This document shows, piece after piece, positions 9,932-20,587 of a stretch of DNA of 64,000 nucleotides. This DNA is from Gammaproteobacteria bacterium. GTDB taxonomy: Bacteria > Pseudomonadota > Gammaproteobacteria > Eutrophobiales > Eutrophobiaceae. Location of the stretch: NCBI GenBank assembly GCA_965238225.1, contig OZ250183.1, forward strand, positions 1,184,001 through 1,248,000. Direction: 5' to 3'. The notes under the pieces are model-generated. The model saw only the letters and a program-made list of their open reading frames with translations, had not been told where the DNA came from and did no database searches. The position numbers and the translations under genes were made by a program. Every line of letters begins with the position of its first letter. The stretch's first letter is position 1.

Positions 9932-10793
9932 AGTCTAGATACAGTGGCTTATCTGTGTTTTTCATTAACTCAAACATACGACAATGTACCTTATACTTTA
10001 CATCACCTATCGCTAATGCACCTATACCTACGGCTTTCTGTGGTGTGAAATCGAGCACTTTACCCATATCATGGGTCTCAACACCTTCTATGCCCAGTGG
10101 AGGAACAGCATTTACATCTGCTGCTGCGAGCAGGCGCTTTGCCTTTAGTAATTGTGCTTTTGATAACACCTGTAAGCCAGCTTTGGCAGAGCCGATAACA
10201 ATATCCGCACTTCGAATAATTTCACTGAGCGCCGCATCACTGCTGCCATCCCCGCCTTTCATTTTTACACCAAATTTTTCATTATTTTTTTCGGCAAAAT
10301 CTTGCGCTACATCAAGCCCTCGACTGCTGAGTAAATGGACATCAACACCACAGTTTGCAGCAATAATGCCAGCACACACGCCGACGGGACCTGTCCCCCC
10401 AATAATGTACATATTCTTACCTTCCAGTGGGTTGCCTGTTTTATTTTTTATGCACTGTTCCACACAAGCTATTATGGCTGCTGCTGTGGTTATTGCGCCA
10501 CTTGGGTCGGCAAATACCGAAATTTCAAAAGGGGGTACCATTGCAGCCTTGGCTCGATGCAACATGTCCATGGCCAAATCAAATGAACGGCCGCCGATAA
10601 AGACACTCGTTCTTTTTAAACCTGCAGAACCTCTAGAGAAAATGGCATCTTGAGTAAGCGTATGAATATCATCCAGTGTCACATTAGTGTAAGGAATGAC
10701 ATCATCATACTCTGCCTCATAAGCCATATTGACATCAAATGGACTGACGTTTTTACTTGGGTTAAACATATGCAGCAAATAGGGACTTTTCAT
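9888..10793 (-). CDS. mtdB: NAD(P)-dependent methylene-H4MPT dehydrogenase
   Basis: SPFDVNMAYEA, QDAIFSR, MVPPFEISVFADPSGA.TTAAA, GGTGPVG and DVNAVPP motifs. Confidence 0.95.
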   Translation of the reverse strand: MKSPYLLHMFNPSKNVSPFDVNMAYEAEYDDVIPYTNVTLDDIHTLTQDAIFSRGSAGLKRTSVFIGGRSFDLAMDMLHRAKAAMVPPFEISVFADPSGAITTAAAIIACVEQCIKNKTGNPLEGKNMYIIGGTGPVGVCAGIIAANCGVDVHLLSSRGLDVAQDFAEKNNEKFGVKMKGGDGSSDAALSEIIRSADIVIGSAKAGLQVLSKAQLLKAKRLLAAADVNAVPPLGIEGVETHDMGKVLDFTPQKAVGIGALAIGDVKYKVHCRMFELMKNTDKPLYLDYEEAFKIAQGYTEK

Positions 10794-10835
10794 TTATTAT
10801 TTACCTTTAAAGTCTCAATTGTTGCGCCTCGTTTA

Positions 10836-11858
10836 TTATGAGTTAGAATTGATACTTAAATGCCCTGAGTCATCTCCAGCGTTAAATATTATATCCGCCT
10901 TCCTGTTACGTGCTCGACATAACATAAAACTGATATCGCCTTCATCTTGCCAAATCTCATGCGCCTCACGCATACGCTGAGATGCCTGAGCTTCATCGGC
11001 AAACAGTGCAAACCCTGTTGGTCCCCATGAACTTTGTCCGCAGCCTGCTGATCCATGCTCGCTAAACCATGGTAATATCTTGCTCACTGTCACGCTACTG
11101 TATCGCCCGCCCTGCACATCTTGAAAATAATCGCCAACCATTTCTTGAATAGTTTGAATTGCAGCTCCAAATTGTTCGCAATCTTCCTCTATTAATGCAG
11201 GCAATGTTTGCATGAGCACAATTCGGCATATTGAAGCGGAAACCTGTTCATTCATTGCGGGCAATTGCGTAAACGCTTTGCGCTCAGCCAAACCATTCAT
11301 ACCTTGAGTGTTTTTATCAAAGATTAAAACAACACGCCATTCTGATGGGAACGGGATATGACTTACAATAGGCGGTATATCAGTATGCTTACCGCGACCA
11401 CCATCAACCAAAAAACCGCCCATAAAAAAGGTTCCGACGCCGATACCTGAACGTGATCCTCTTTCCAACACATTTGCTATTTCTCTTGTAGAGGTTGCAA
11501 TGTCAAATAATTGCGTAATCACTGTTGCCACTGCAAGTGAAAGTTGCGTACCAGAACCCAGACCTGCATGTTCCGGGATGGCTTCATGTATTGTAATGGC
11601 GATGCCGGATTCTATATTAAAGTGTGTGACGATTTTTTTGATATATTTTAGCACTCTTTGACTAGACTGTCCTTCTGCGCGTATTTCTTCTGACCTGCAG
11701 GCTGTTAAATGCGTGCTTATCTCAGCAAGACATAAACCCAAACTGCCAAAATAACGCCCCATACCACCATGCATATCCATAAACCCCAGATGTAGGCGCG
11801 CGGGTGCAATAACGCTGACTGACTCATGAGTATTAGATAAAAATTTTTTATTTTTCAT
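10836..11858 (-). CDS. mptG: beta-Ribofuranosylaminobenzene 5'-phosphate synthase
   Basis: PARLHLGF, H.GLGSGTQ, RSGIG, GGFLVDGG and GQSSWGPT GHMP-family motifs. Confidence 0.93.
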   Translation of the reverse strand: MKNKKFLSNTHESVSVIAPARLHLGFMDMHGGMGRYFGSLGLCLAEISTHLTACRSEEIRAEGQSSQRVLKYIKKIVTHFNIESGIAITIHEAIPEHAGLGSGTQLSLAVATVITQLFDIATSTREIANVLERGSRSGIGVGTFFMGGFLVDGGRGKHTDIPPIVSHIPFPSEWRVVLIFDKNTQGMNGLAERKAFTQLPAMNEQVSASICRIVLMQTLPALIEEDCEQFGAAIQTIQEMVGDYFQDVQGGRYSSVTVSKILPWFSEHGSAGCGQSSWGPTGFALFADEAQASQRMREAHEIWQDEGDISFMLCRARNRKADIIFNAGDDSGHLSINSNS

Positions 11859-11931
11859 TTAGTTAAGGTTTATTTGAAATGTTTTATATTAATTCATGAA
11901 AAGGCTAATTTTGTATCATATGCAAGCAAAG

Positions 11932-11953
11932 ATGCGCTTAGTTTTAAGCGCAT
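11932..11953. promoter_or_regulatory. Perfect palindrome in the mptG/fhcB divergent promoter region; candidate operator
   Basis: ATGCGCTTA-GTTT-TAAGCGCAT. Confidence 0.4.
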
Positions 11954-12295
11954 TGATTCTTAAAAATAGCGACTCTAAAATAGAGTAACAGTACCAAACG
12001 ACCATCCAATTAAGTTTGGCAACCGTTGTACGCGCTTACGGACAACACATATTATATGGATATGATAATTATATGGATATAATAAAAACAAATTGTAGTA
12101 GAAATTCCACAGAAATGATTCCAAGAAGACAATCCCACAATATTAAACCATTATACTATAGCGGTTTGCGTACTATAATGCCTTAATGTTGTCCGAGTAA
12201 TATGTTGTCTAGGCTAAATTAAGGCGGAAGAATAAACCTATAATATTAAGTCTTTTACCTATTTCCTTATATTAAAAAGGAATGATTTTACTGAA

Positions 12296-13573
12296 ATGAG
12301 CATAAAACAATCTCTGGTGACAAAATATAAGGATGTACCCTGTCCGTTTTGCAGCATCCACTGTGATGATTTAATCATTCACAATCAGTCTGGAAAACTC
12401 AAAATTAAAAAAAATGCTTGTCCTATAGCGTTAGATCGTTTCGAGCGTATCTTACCTCAAAGCCATGCAACTGTCTGCAGCAAAATCACAACACTGGATA
12501 AAGCTATTAAACACAGTGTAAAAATCTTAAAAAGATCAAATAGGCCTTTAATTGCAGGCTTAGGCACAGATGTAGGGGGTATGCGTTCTGTGATGGAACT
12601 CGCGGATAAAACGGGTGCTATTATTGACCATATGTTTAACGATGGCTTAACGCGCAATTTTCTTGTGCTGCAAGAATCTGGTTGGGTCATGACAACCATG
12701 GGAGAAATCAAAAATCGCGCTGATCTGATTATTTTTGCTGGTACCGACGCAAGGAATTACCCTAGATTTTATGAGCGTATTGTCTGGAATAAAAAATCTC
12801 TTTTCATATCTCTCAGCAAAAAGCGCAACATTGTGTATCTTGGTGAAAATTTGGATACATCTCAAGGAATCTCCCCTGCAGGCAAGAGACCAACACACCT
12901 TAAATGTCCACAAAATAGTATAGGTGAGCTTGTCGCTGTCTTGCATGCGCTTATTAGAGGAAATAAAATACAACAGAAAAATAAAGTTGTTGGCATCAAA
13001 ATGGAGCGGCTAGAAAAGCTTGCTAAGCAGATGATGAATGCCAGCTATGGTGTCATCGTATGGGCGCCCGGTGAAATGGATTTTCCACATGCTGAATTAA
13101 GCATCCAGAATTTTTGTGAAATAGCCAAGTATTTGAACAGAAAAACACGATTCACAGGATTCTCTCTCGGGGGTAATGATGGCGGCATGAGTGCCAATAG
13201 TGTCAGCGCTTGGCAAAGCGGCTTCCCATTACGTGTTAATTTTAACAAAGGTTATCCAGAACATGATTTGCAAGAATATGCAACGGCAGATGTAATCAAA
13301 AACGAGGAAACAGATGCGCTTGTCTGGATATCAAGCTTTAATCCTAAAATAAAACCTCCACACACAAAAAAACCAACAATTATCCTAGCAACGCCTGATG
13401 CCAAACTTAATTTCAAACCGGAAGTTTTCATTCCAGTAAGTACGCCAGGTGTAGATCACAGCGGGCAAATTGTCCGAACAGACGGTGTTGTTTCGTTACC
13501 GTTAAAACAAATACGCAAGCAAGCGCACCCAAGTGTTAAAGAAGTTGTGCGCCGCATTGCTAAATTAATTTAG
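12296..13573 (+). CDS. fhcB: Formyltransferase/hydrolase complex subunit B
   Basis: CPFC..HCDDL, TT.GEIKNRAD, WQSGFPLR and PGVDH.G...RTDG motifs. Confidence 0.92.
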   Translation: MSIKQSLVTKYKDVPCPFCSIHCDDLIIHNQSGKLKIKKNACPIALDRFERILPQSHATVCSKITTLDKAIKHSVKILKRSNRPLIAGLGTDVGGMRSVMELADKTGAIIDHMFNDGLTRNFLVLQESGWVMTTMGEIKNRADLIIFAGTDARNYPRFYERIVWNKKSLFISLSKKRNIVYLGENLDTSQGISPAGKRPTHLKCPQNSIGELVAVLHALIRGNKIQQKNKVVGIKMERLEKLAKQMMNASYGVIVWAPGEMDFPHAELSIQNFCEIAKYLNRKTRFTGFSLGGNDGGMSANSVSAWQSGFPLRVNFNKGYPEHDLQEYATADVIKNEETDALVWISSFNPKIKPPHTKKPTIILATPDAKLNFKPEVFIPVSTPGVDHSGQIVRTDGVVSLPLKQIRKQAHPSVKEVVRRIAKLI

Positions 13574-13588
13574 GTAGTATAAAGCATT

Positions 13589-15244
13589 GTGTTAATTAAA
13601 TTATCAGGTGGCACAGTTTATGACCCTATGCATGGCATAAAAGGTGAGAAGAAAGATATTTATATCCATGATGGGCGCATCATCAAAAAGCCAGTTGTAG
13701 CTTCCGATATTGATAAAACCTACGATCTTGCTGGTAAGATTATTATGGCTGGCGCTATTGATATACACACTCATATTGGCGGTGGCAAGGTTAATATTGC
13801 GCGCATAATGTTACCGGAAGATCACAGACAGGATATTATCAGCCATACACCACTAACACGTTCAGGATGTGGTTATGCCGTTCCTTCTACTTTGACTACA
13901 GGCTACCGCTATGTAGAAATGGGCTATACCACATGTTTTGAACCTGCGATGCTGCCTACCAATGCACGTCAGACGCATATGGAAATGGCGGACACTCCGA
14001 TTGTCGATAAAGGTGCTTATGCCATGCTTGGCAATGATGATTTTTTCCTGCGAATGCTGGCAACAAAAAAAGATCAAAAAGCCATCACTGATTATGTTGC
14101 CTGGACTATTAATGCCACTCAAGCGCTTGCAATCAAGGTTATTAATCCCGGTGGGATTAGTGCGTTTAAATTCAATCAACGTCAGCTGGATCTAGATGAG
14201 CATAATGAACATTATGGCGTGACGCCCAGAGATGTCATTAAGTCCCTTGCCAAAGCTGTCGGTGAATTAGGCATCCCCCATCCTTTACACGTCCATGGGT
14301 GCAATCTCGGAGTCCCTGGAAATATGCAAACAACATTAGATACAATCCGTAGTGTTGAAGGGATGCCTTTACATCTGACCCATATTCAATTCCACAGTTA
14401 TGGTACCGAGGGAAAACGGCAATTTTCTTCTGCTGCTGCCGAGATTGCAGAAGCAGTTAATTCCAACCCCAATATTTCTATTGATGTAGGTCAGATTTTA
14501 TTTGGACAAACGGTCACTATATCTGGCGATACTATGCATCAATATGCTGGACATCGGCATGCACACCCAAAAAAATGGGTGCTTATGGATATTGAATGTG
14601 ACGGTGGCTGTGGTGTCGTACCCTTTAAGTATAGAGATAAAAATTTTGTCAACGCGCTGCAATGGGCCATTGGCCTTGAACTGTTTTTACTGGTAAACGA
14701 TCCGTGGCGTATATTTCTCACGACAGATCATCCCAATGGCGCACCTTTTACCAGCTACCCACACTTGATTCGCTTATTGATGGATCGCAGTTTTCGAAAC
14801 GACATGTTGGCAACCATTAATAAAGACGCAGTAGCCGCAAGCATACTGGGCAGTATTAATCGGGAGTATTCGCTTTATGACATCGCAATCATGACCAGAG
14901 CAGCACCGGCTAAGAGTCTTGGGCTAAGAAATAAAGGGCATCTAGGTTCTGGAGCGATTGCAGATATCACTGTATATAACGATGTGAAAAACAAAGAAAA
15001 GATGTTTGAAAAACCGCTTTACGTATTCAAAGACGGCGAATTGGTCGCTAAAAATGGAAAGATTGTGAGAATTACTTCTGGCGGCACACATGTTTTACGA
15101 CCAGAATATGACAAAGGTATTGAGCGCTCTTTAAGCCGTTATTTCGATGCATACCAAACAGTTAAACTTGGTAATTTCAAGATTGATAATGATGAAATCA
15201 TCGATGATGGCCGGGGAAGCATTATCGTACAACCATGCGCATAA
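13589..15244 (+). CDS. fhcA: Formyltransferase/hydrolase complex subunit A (amidohydrolase)
   Basis: DIHTHIGGGK, HPLHVHG.NLG, HLTHIQFHSYG and TTDHPNGAPF motifs. Confidence 0.96.
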   Translation: MLIKLSGGTVYDPMHGIKGEKKDIYIHDGRIIKKPVVASDIDKTYDLAGKIIMAGAIDIHTHIGGGKVNIARIMLPEDHRQDIISHTPLTRSGCGYAVPSTLTTGYRYVEMGYTTCFEPAMLPTNARQTHMEMADTPIVDKGAYAMLGNDDFFLRMLATKKDQKAITDYVAWTINATQALAIKVINPGGISAFKFNQRQLDLDEHNEHYGVTPRDVIKSLAKAVGELGIPHPLHVHGCNLGVPGNMQTTLDTIRSVEGMPLHLTHIQFHSYGTEGKRQFSSAAAEIAEAVNSNPNISIDVGQILFGQTVTISGDTMHQYAGHRHAHPKKWVLMDIECDGGCGVVPFKYRDKNFVNALQWAIGLELFLLVNDPWRIFLTTDHPNGAPFTSYPHLIRLLMDRSFRNDMLATINKDAVAASILGSINREYSLYDIAIMTRAAPAKSLGLRNKGHLGSGAIADITVYNDVKNKEKMFEKPLYVFKDGELVAKNGKIVRITSGGTHVLRPEYDKGIERSLSRYFDAYQTVKLGNFKIDNDEIIDDGRGSIIVQPCA

Positions 15245-15253
15245 GAGTAAAAC

Positions 15254-16150
15254 GTGAAAATTAATGGCGTAACAATAGATGATACTTTTGCGGAAGCCTT
15301 TCCTATGAAGGTAGCGCGCATCATCATCACTGCAATGACGTTGAAGTGGGCGCATCATGCTGCAGACTCACTAAGAGGATTTGCCTCTTCTGTAATTGCC
15401 TGTGGCTGTGAAGCAGATATTGAACGTGAACTGAAGCCATCTGAAACACCAGATGGTCGCCCCGGTATCTCCTTGATGATATTCGCCATGTCGATGAAAG
15501 ATTTGGAAAAACAAATACCCATGCGCGTTGGGCAATCCATCATGACAAGCCCAACATCCGCTTGTTATTCTGGTATTGATAGCGGACAACAGGTGTCCAT
15601 GGGCAAGCACCTGCGCTATTTTGGTGATGGTCACCAAATATCAAAAAAGGTAAATGGTCGCCGTTTCTGGCGCATTCCTGTGATGCATGGCGAATTTATA
15701 GTCGAAGACACGGTTGGCACAAGCGAGGCTATAGGCGGTGGGAATTTTCTGGTGCTGGGAAAAACGTCTCGTCATGTCTTGAAGGCCTGTGAACAGGCCA
15801 TAAAGGAGATTAAAAAAATTCCAAATGTAATTACCCCTTTCCCTGGCGGAATCGTTGGATCCGGATCTAAGGTTGGCTCAAAATATGACTTTCTTTCAGC
15901 ATCTACAAACGAAGCTTATTGCCCGACATTAAAAGGTCAAGTTGAATCTTATCTGGAAGATAAAATCGGTTCGGTACTGGAGATTGTTATTAATGGTCTT
16001 GAGAAAGAATCAGTAAGTGAAGCTATGCGAGTTGGCGTGCTTGCTGCTTGCGCGCATGGTTCTAAAAAAGGTATCTATCGCATCAGTGCCGGTAATTATG
16101 GTGGCAATCTAGGGCCTCACCATTTTCATCTAAGAAAAATTCTCAAATGA
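15254..16150 (+). CDS. fhcD: Formylmethanofuran-H4MPT formyltransferase (Fhc subunit D)
   Basis: IDDTFAEAF, TPDGRPG, GGGNF, SGSKVGSKY and SAGNYGG motifs. Confidence 0.96.
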   Translation: MKINGVTIDDTFAEAFPMKVARIIITAMTLKWAHHAADSLRGFASSVIACGCEADIERELKPSETPDGRPGISLMIFAMSMKDLEKQIPMRVGQSIMTSPTSACYSGIDSGQQVSMGKHLRYFGDGHQISKKVNGRRFWRIPVMHGEFIVEDTVGTSEAIGGGNFLVLGKTSRHVLKACEQAIKEIKKIPNVITPFPGGIVGSGSKVGSKYDFLSASTNEAYCPTLKGQVESYLEDKIGSVLEIVINGLEKESVSEAMRVGVLAACAHGSKKGIYRISAGNYGGNLGPHHFHLRKILK

Positions 16151-16980
16151 GTCCATTAATTTTCACATTAAAAACAAGGCTTGGATTTTCTCTGGATATT
16201 TCAGAACTTACGCCAGACAAACTTTCAAAAAAGAACAAATCTCAGATTAAAAATATAAAACTGAGTTATGGTAAAAAGAAAATACCCATAATGGAATTAT
16301 TCACTATCTCAGGAAATGATACTAACAATATTCAGATACATCGTAGTTGTAATAAGCTGATCTGTGTGGGTCACGGCTTAAGCTATGGTTCAATCCATAT
16401 AAAAGGAAATGTTGGTGACTTACTCGGCCAACATATGCGAGGTGGTTACATCAAAATAAATGGCAATGCCGATTCTTGGGTAGGCAATAAAATGGCAGGT
16501 GGGCGCATTGATATTACTGGCAGTGTAGGTCATTATATTGGCGCAGGGAAGCTTGGTGATGCCTTCGGCATGACAGAAGGGCTTATAAATATCAAAGGCT
16601 CTGCTGGTCACCGTGTTGGTGACAGAATGAGGCGTGGGATGATTATAATACATGGCAAAACAGGTGATTTTTGTGGCAGTCGCATGCATGCTGGCACCAT
16701 CTTAGTGCTAGGAAAAGCAGGTACAAATGTTGGTACTGGCATGAGGCGTGGAACGATTATTCTCTCCAAAAAACCCAAACATATCATCGCAACCTTCAAA
16801 AGCAATGGCAATTTAAAGATGCAATTTGTGCGTTTATTATTCACACAACTTATGAAAATGGGAAAGGAATTTCCAAAATTTAGAAAACTTGATCCTGAAG
16901 TACATCGTTTTTCTGGAGATCTTTCTAGAAATGGCAAAGGCGAAATTTTAATTTTACAAGCATTAAATTTAGAAAAATAA
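16147..16980 (+). CDS. fhcC: Formyltransferase/hydrolase complex subunit C
   Basis: Gly-rich beta-helix repeats (G..M.GG.I.I.G), GDRMRRG and a GKGEIL C-terminus. Confidence 0.95.
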   Translation: MSPLIFTLKTRLGFSLDISELTPDKLSKKNKSQIKNIKLSYGKKKIPIMELFTISGNDTNNIQIHRSCNKLICVGHGLSYGSIHIKGNVGDLLGQHMRGGYIKINGNADSWVGNKMAGGRIDITGSVGHYIGAGKLGDAFGMTEGLINIKGSAGHRVGDRMRRGMIIIHGKTGDFCGSRMHAGTILVLGKAGTNVGTGMRRGTIILSKKPKHIIATFKSNGNLKMQFVRLLFTQLMKMGKEFPKFRKLDPEVHRFSGDLSRNGKGEILILQALNLEK

Positions 16981-16984
16981 ATTT

Positions 16985-18430
16985 ATGAAACGAACACGCG
17001 GGCATAAAGGGCGTATCTATAGAGTACCACCCGCATAAGGCTGTTGCTGATATCTAAAAGCTACTTGGGAATGAATCTCGCAATCGAGATATGCTGATTG
17101 ACATCTGCATAAAATTCAAGATCGCTTTGGTCAGATTTCCAGTCGTCATATCTTGGCATTATCGATAGAGATGAGTTTGCCTATGGCTGAGGTCTATGAA
17201 ACAGCAACTTTCTACCATCACTTTGATGTCATGAAACCAAAAGAGGCTGCAATACCTCCTTTAACCATACGTGTTTGCGAATCTTTAAGTTGTGAGATGT
17301 TTGGTGCAAAAGAGCTGTTTGAAGATTATAAAATAAAATATAAGAGTGATATTCGTATTCAAAAAATCCCATGCGTTGGTCGCTGCGATAGAGCCCCTGT
17401 TGCCATTGCTGGTACAAACCCTATCGAATATGCCACTTATGAAAAAATAGAGAATGCAGTAGCCAGAAAAGATTTTGATATCGCTCTACCAGAGTACATT
17501 AATTATATTGCTTATAGAAATTCAGGTGGTTACCAAACACTGATTGATTGTGTTAACAATGACCATAAACGAGAAAAAATTGTCAAAATTATGGAAATTC
17601 AAAACTCCGAGGATTGGGAGGTGCGGGCTTTCCTATAGGACAAAAATAGCGCATTTTAAAGCAACAGACCAAGCCTAGGTTAGTCGACATTAACATTGAC
17701 GAAGGTGAGCCTAGAACATTCAAAGATCGTTATTATTTGGAACGAGATCCGCACAGATTTATTGAAGGAACACTCGATGCCGTAGAACACTAGAAAAAGA
17801 ACTGGACGCATCGAAACAAAACCCGCCTTGCAAGTTACCAAATATTTACCTGAGGCGAGGTGCAGGCGCCTATATTTGCGGCGAGGAATCGGCAATGATT
17901 GAATCTATTTGAAAGGCAAGAAAGGGATATCTCGGCTACGATCTCCCTATATTGCTCAGGTTTGCTTATTTGGAAGACCGACACTGGAGCAAAATATAGA
18001 ATCAATGCATTGGGTCAGAGATATCATTGAAAACGGTGCCAAATGGTTTTCATCTGAAGGTCGTCATGGCCGTACAGGGCTAAGATCATTCTCTATAAGC
18101 GGTCGTGTTAATAAGCCTAGCATGCATCTCGCATCTGCAGTATCACAATGCTCAAACTGATTGATGAATATTGTGGTGGCATGCTTGATGGTCATGAATT
18201 TTATGGCTACTTCCCGGGCGGCGCTTCTGGCGGTATCTTGCCCGCGTCACTGGGCAATGTGCCACTGGATTTTGACACGCTTCAAGAGTACGGTTGTTTC
18301 ATTGGTTCAGCTGCGATTGTCGTGCTGTCAAATAAAGACAGCGCTAAAGATATGGCGCTAAATGCCATGCGTTTTTTTGAAGATGAATCTTGCGAACAAT
18401 GCACGCCATGCCGCGTTGGCACAGCAAAGG
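16985..18430 (+). pseudogene. NAD-linked formate dehydrogenase beta subunit (NuoE/NuoF-like, Fdh1B type), decayed
   Basis: Fragments in several frames: [69 protein letters not shown] and ESCEQCTPCRVGT; multiple stops, frameshifts and deletions. Confidence 0.9.
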
Positions 18431-18871
18431 CTTCCCGTTATAAAAGATAATCATATTCAGTATGTTGATGGTCGTAATGGGCTGGAAAACTTGGGAAGAT
18501 TTATGTGTCAAAGGTCGTTATGGTTTTGACTATGTCCACCATTCAGATCGCTTAACAACTCCGCTTATTCGCAAGGAGGGCATGACAAAATCGACAGCCT
18601 TAATCGATCCTTCTGAAATCATAAATATTTTCGAGCAGCAAGCTGGGAGGAAGCCTATCTATTTCAGAAATTGATTAGAACTGGTTTTAAGACCAACAAT
18701 GTGGATCATTGTACCCGTCTATGCCATGCCTCGTCTGTAGTTGCCCTGCTTGAGACTATTGGTTCAGAAGCCGTCTCAAACCAAGTAGCTGATGGCGCTA
18801 ATGCTGAGGTGATTATTGTTATTGGCTCAAGACCAAGTGATAATCATCCTGTTGCAGCCACATTTCTTTAA
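18431..18871 (+). pseudogene. Formate dehydrogenase alpha (Mo/W-pterin) subunit internal fragment
   Basis: [21 protein letters not shown] and [36 protein letters not shown]; the N-terminal Fe-S region and most of the C-terminal part are missing. Confidence 0.88.
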
Positions 18872-18875
18872 TTAT

Positions 18876-19622
18876 TTAAGAACTGAACTCTACACTTTTT
18901 AAGGTCAGAACTTCCCTTACTAAAGGCACAGACGAACTTCCTAAGTCATTGATTACTGTTCTTATTTGGTACAATTTTCCCGGTATTTTATCCGATATAA
19001 TAAATTCATAACTTTTATCAGAAAATTCTCCCAACCTATCTTTATTTTTTATATTTGCATAAGGATATAAAACAATTTTTTCGCCCTCATACTGTTTTCC
19101 TTCCAGTTCAATAGATACATGCTCACTGGTATCACTGTTTGCTATCGCTAACTTTATTTGTCGATGAAAATATTTCCAATTGCCTCCAGTAAAACGATCC
19201 ATTTCGTAAACGTCGCCCTGTAAATATATGCCTAGCACCGGATTGCCAGTGATATGATTCACATTACTGGGTGAAACTTTTTGTTTTTGATCACCTGAAA
19301 AAAAATCAAGTATAGTATCTCTCGTGCCATCCTCATTTATCTTAACAATATCAAGATAAACATCGTCAATGAATCCATCCTCATATGATCCTGTCTTCTC
19401 AAACTCATAGTGCAATCTTGCTGTTTGCTTAATATTTAATAAATGTTTATCTATCCACAGTTTATTTTCGGCATTTGAAAAATTAAATTCATTAGGATCA
19501 ATCATTCCTGTATCATCTATTGAACCGATTTGCGGCTTTATTTCTTTTTTTGTGGTTTCTTCAGAAAAAACCTGAAATGGGCTTAAAAATATAATTAGCA
19601 GTAATGGTAAGTGTCTGATCAT
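18876..19622 (-). CDS. Exported protein of unknown function, apparently co-transcribed with xoxJ
   Basis: Signal peptide; 248 aa intact ORF; 36 bp downstream of xoxJ; no CxxCH motif. Confidence 0.75.
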   Translation of the reverse strand: MIRHLPLLLIIFLSPFQVFSEETTKKEIKPQIGSIDDTGMIDPNEFNFSNAENKLWIDKHLLNIKQTARLHYEFEKTGSYEDGFIDDVYLDIVKINEDGTRDTILDFFSGDQKQKVSPSNVNHITGNPVLGIYLQGDVYEMDRFTGGNWKYFHRQIKLAIANSDTSEHVSIELEGKQYEGEKIVLYPYANIKNKDRLGEFSDKSYEFIISDKIPGKLYQIRTVINDLGSSSVPLVREVLTLKSVEFSS

Positions 19623-19658
19623 TGCAATTTACACTTAAATTTTAACACTGGATGATGA

Positions 19659-20567
19659 CTAGTCATCATCTGGTTCAGACTTTGGCTTCACAGCTACAAT
19701 AGGGATGCCATAGCTACTAATAATCGCGTTTATATCTTCTTGATATTTATCAATAAGCTCATTTAATTGAGCTTTCCATTCATTATCACCATGTCTGACA
19801 GCCATAGACATATTATAAACAAATTTCATTTCTGGCATTTTTGGGTCGTCACCTAAGGGCAGTATCGCCAACTCACCTCTATCTTTATTTTGCGCAGAAA
19901 AATATGCTGCTGTTGGCCCCCAAACGATAGTCGTATCTATTATTCCGTCATATAGATCGTTCAGAATAATTTCGGTGGGGTTTTTTCTGGAATCACCCAA
20001 CTGAAACTGATATGGAACCATCTCGTCCATCAGCTTATGCATGGAAACCCAAAATTGCGCCGGACCACTATCAAACAGACCAAACTTAAACTTATTGCCT
20101 TTAGCCTTTAGCCTTCCCAGCATCTCCGGTTTTGTGATACTGTCTAGTCCTCTGCCTTTCACATACACCAGAGCATAGGTTGATACGTAATAAGGTTTGG
20201 TTGTTGCTGCCAGTTCAAAATGCTCTGGTACGCTCAAAACTAAATCACATTTAAAAATGCCACGTTCTTCAGAACGAAGTGTATTACGAATGAATCCTAT
20301 GCGCTGTGGAAACCATTGGTATTTAAGTTCGGCTCCGAGAGCTTTGGCAAATAATTCAGCGATCTTGTTTTCCATGCCTTCTTGATTTTTATTGGAAAAT
20401 GGCATCAATTCAGGATCGGCGCATACTTTCAAAACAGGACGATTTTTGTATTTAGATTCTTCAGCAAAAGAAATATTACTGATAAAGCCGAGAATAAAAA
20501 TCAGAATCAGGGTAGAAAATCTTCGCGTTGATTGCTTGATAACTATAAAAAAATTTAACATTTTCAT
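19659..20567 (-). CDS. xoxJ: XoxJ/MxaJ-type periplasmic binding-protein homolog
   Basis: LKVCADP..MPFSN, G.ENKIAE, GFIRNTL, CDLV, T.PYY.STY and VWGP motifs; in the xoxF locus. Confidence 0.88.
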   Translation of the reverse strand: MKMLNFFIVIKQSTRRFSTLILIFILGFISNISFAEESKYKNRPVLKVCADPELMPFSNKNQEGMENKIAELFAKALGAELKYQWFPQRIGFIRNTLRSEERGIFKCDLVLSVPEHFELAATTKPYYVSTYALVYVKGRGLDSITKPEMLGRLKAKGNKFKFGLFDSGPAQFWVSMHKLMDEMVPYQFQLGDSRKNPTEIILNDLYDGIIDTTIVWGPTAAYFSAQNKDRGELAILPLGDDPKMPEMKFVYNMSMAVRHGDNEWKAQLNELIDKYQEDINAIISSYGIPIVAVKPKSEPDDD

Positions 20568-20587
20568 AAATTACATCATCAGGATGC

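Noticed and set aside
9955-10653. 232-aa + strand ORF and similar antisense ORFs over orf21, fae, orf7, infB, nusA and hpnN
   Set aside because: They lie fully antisense to well-supported genes and have no recognisable motifs.
16985-18871. Selenocysteine or programmed recoding explaining the FDH stops
   Set aside because: The active-site residue is encoded as Cys (CHAS), and the lesions include frameshifts and large deletions.
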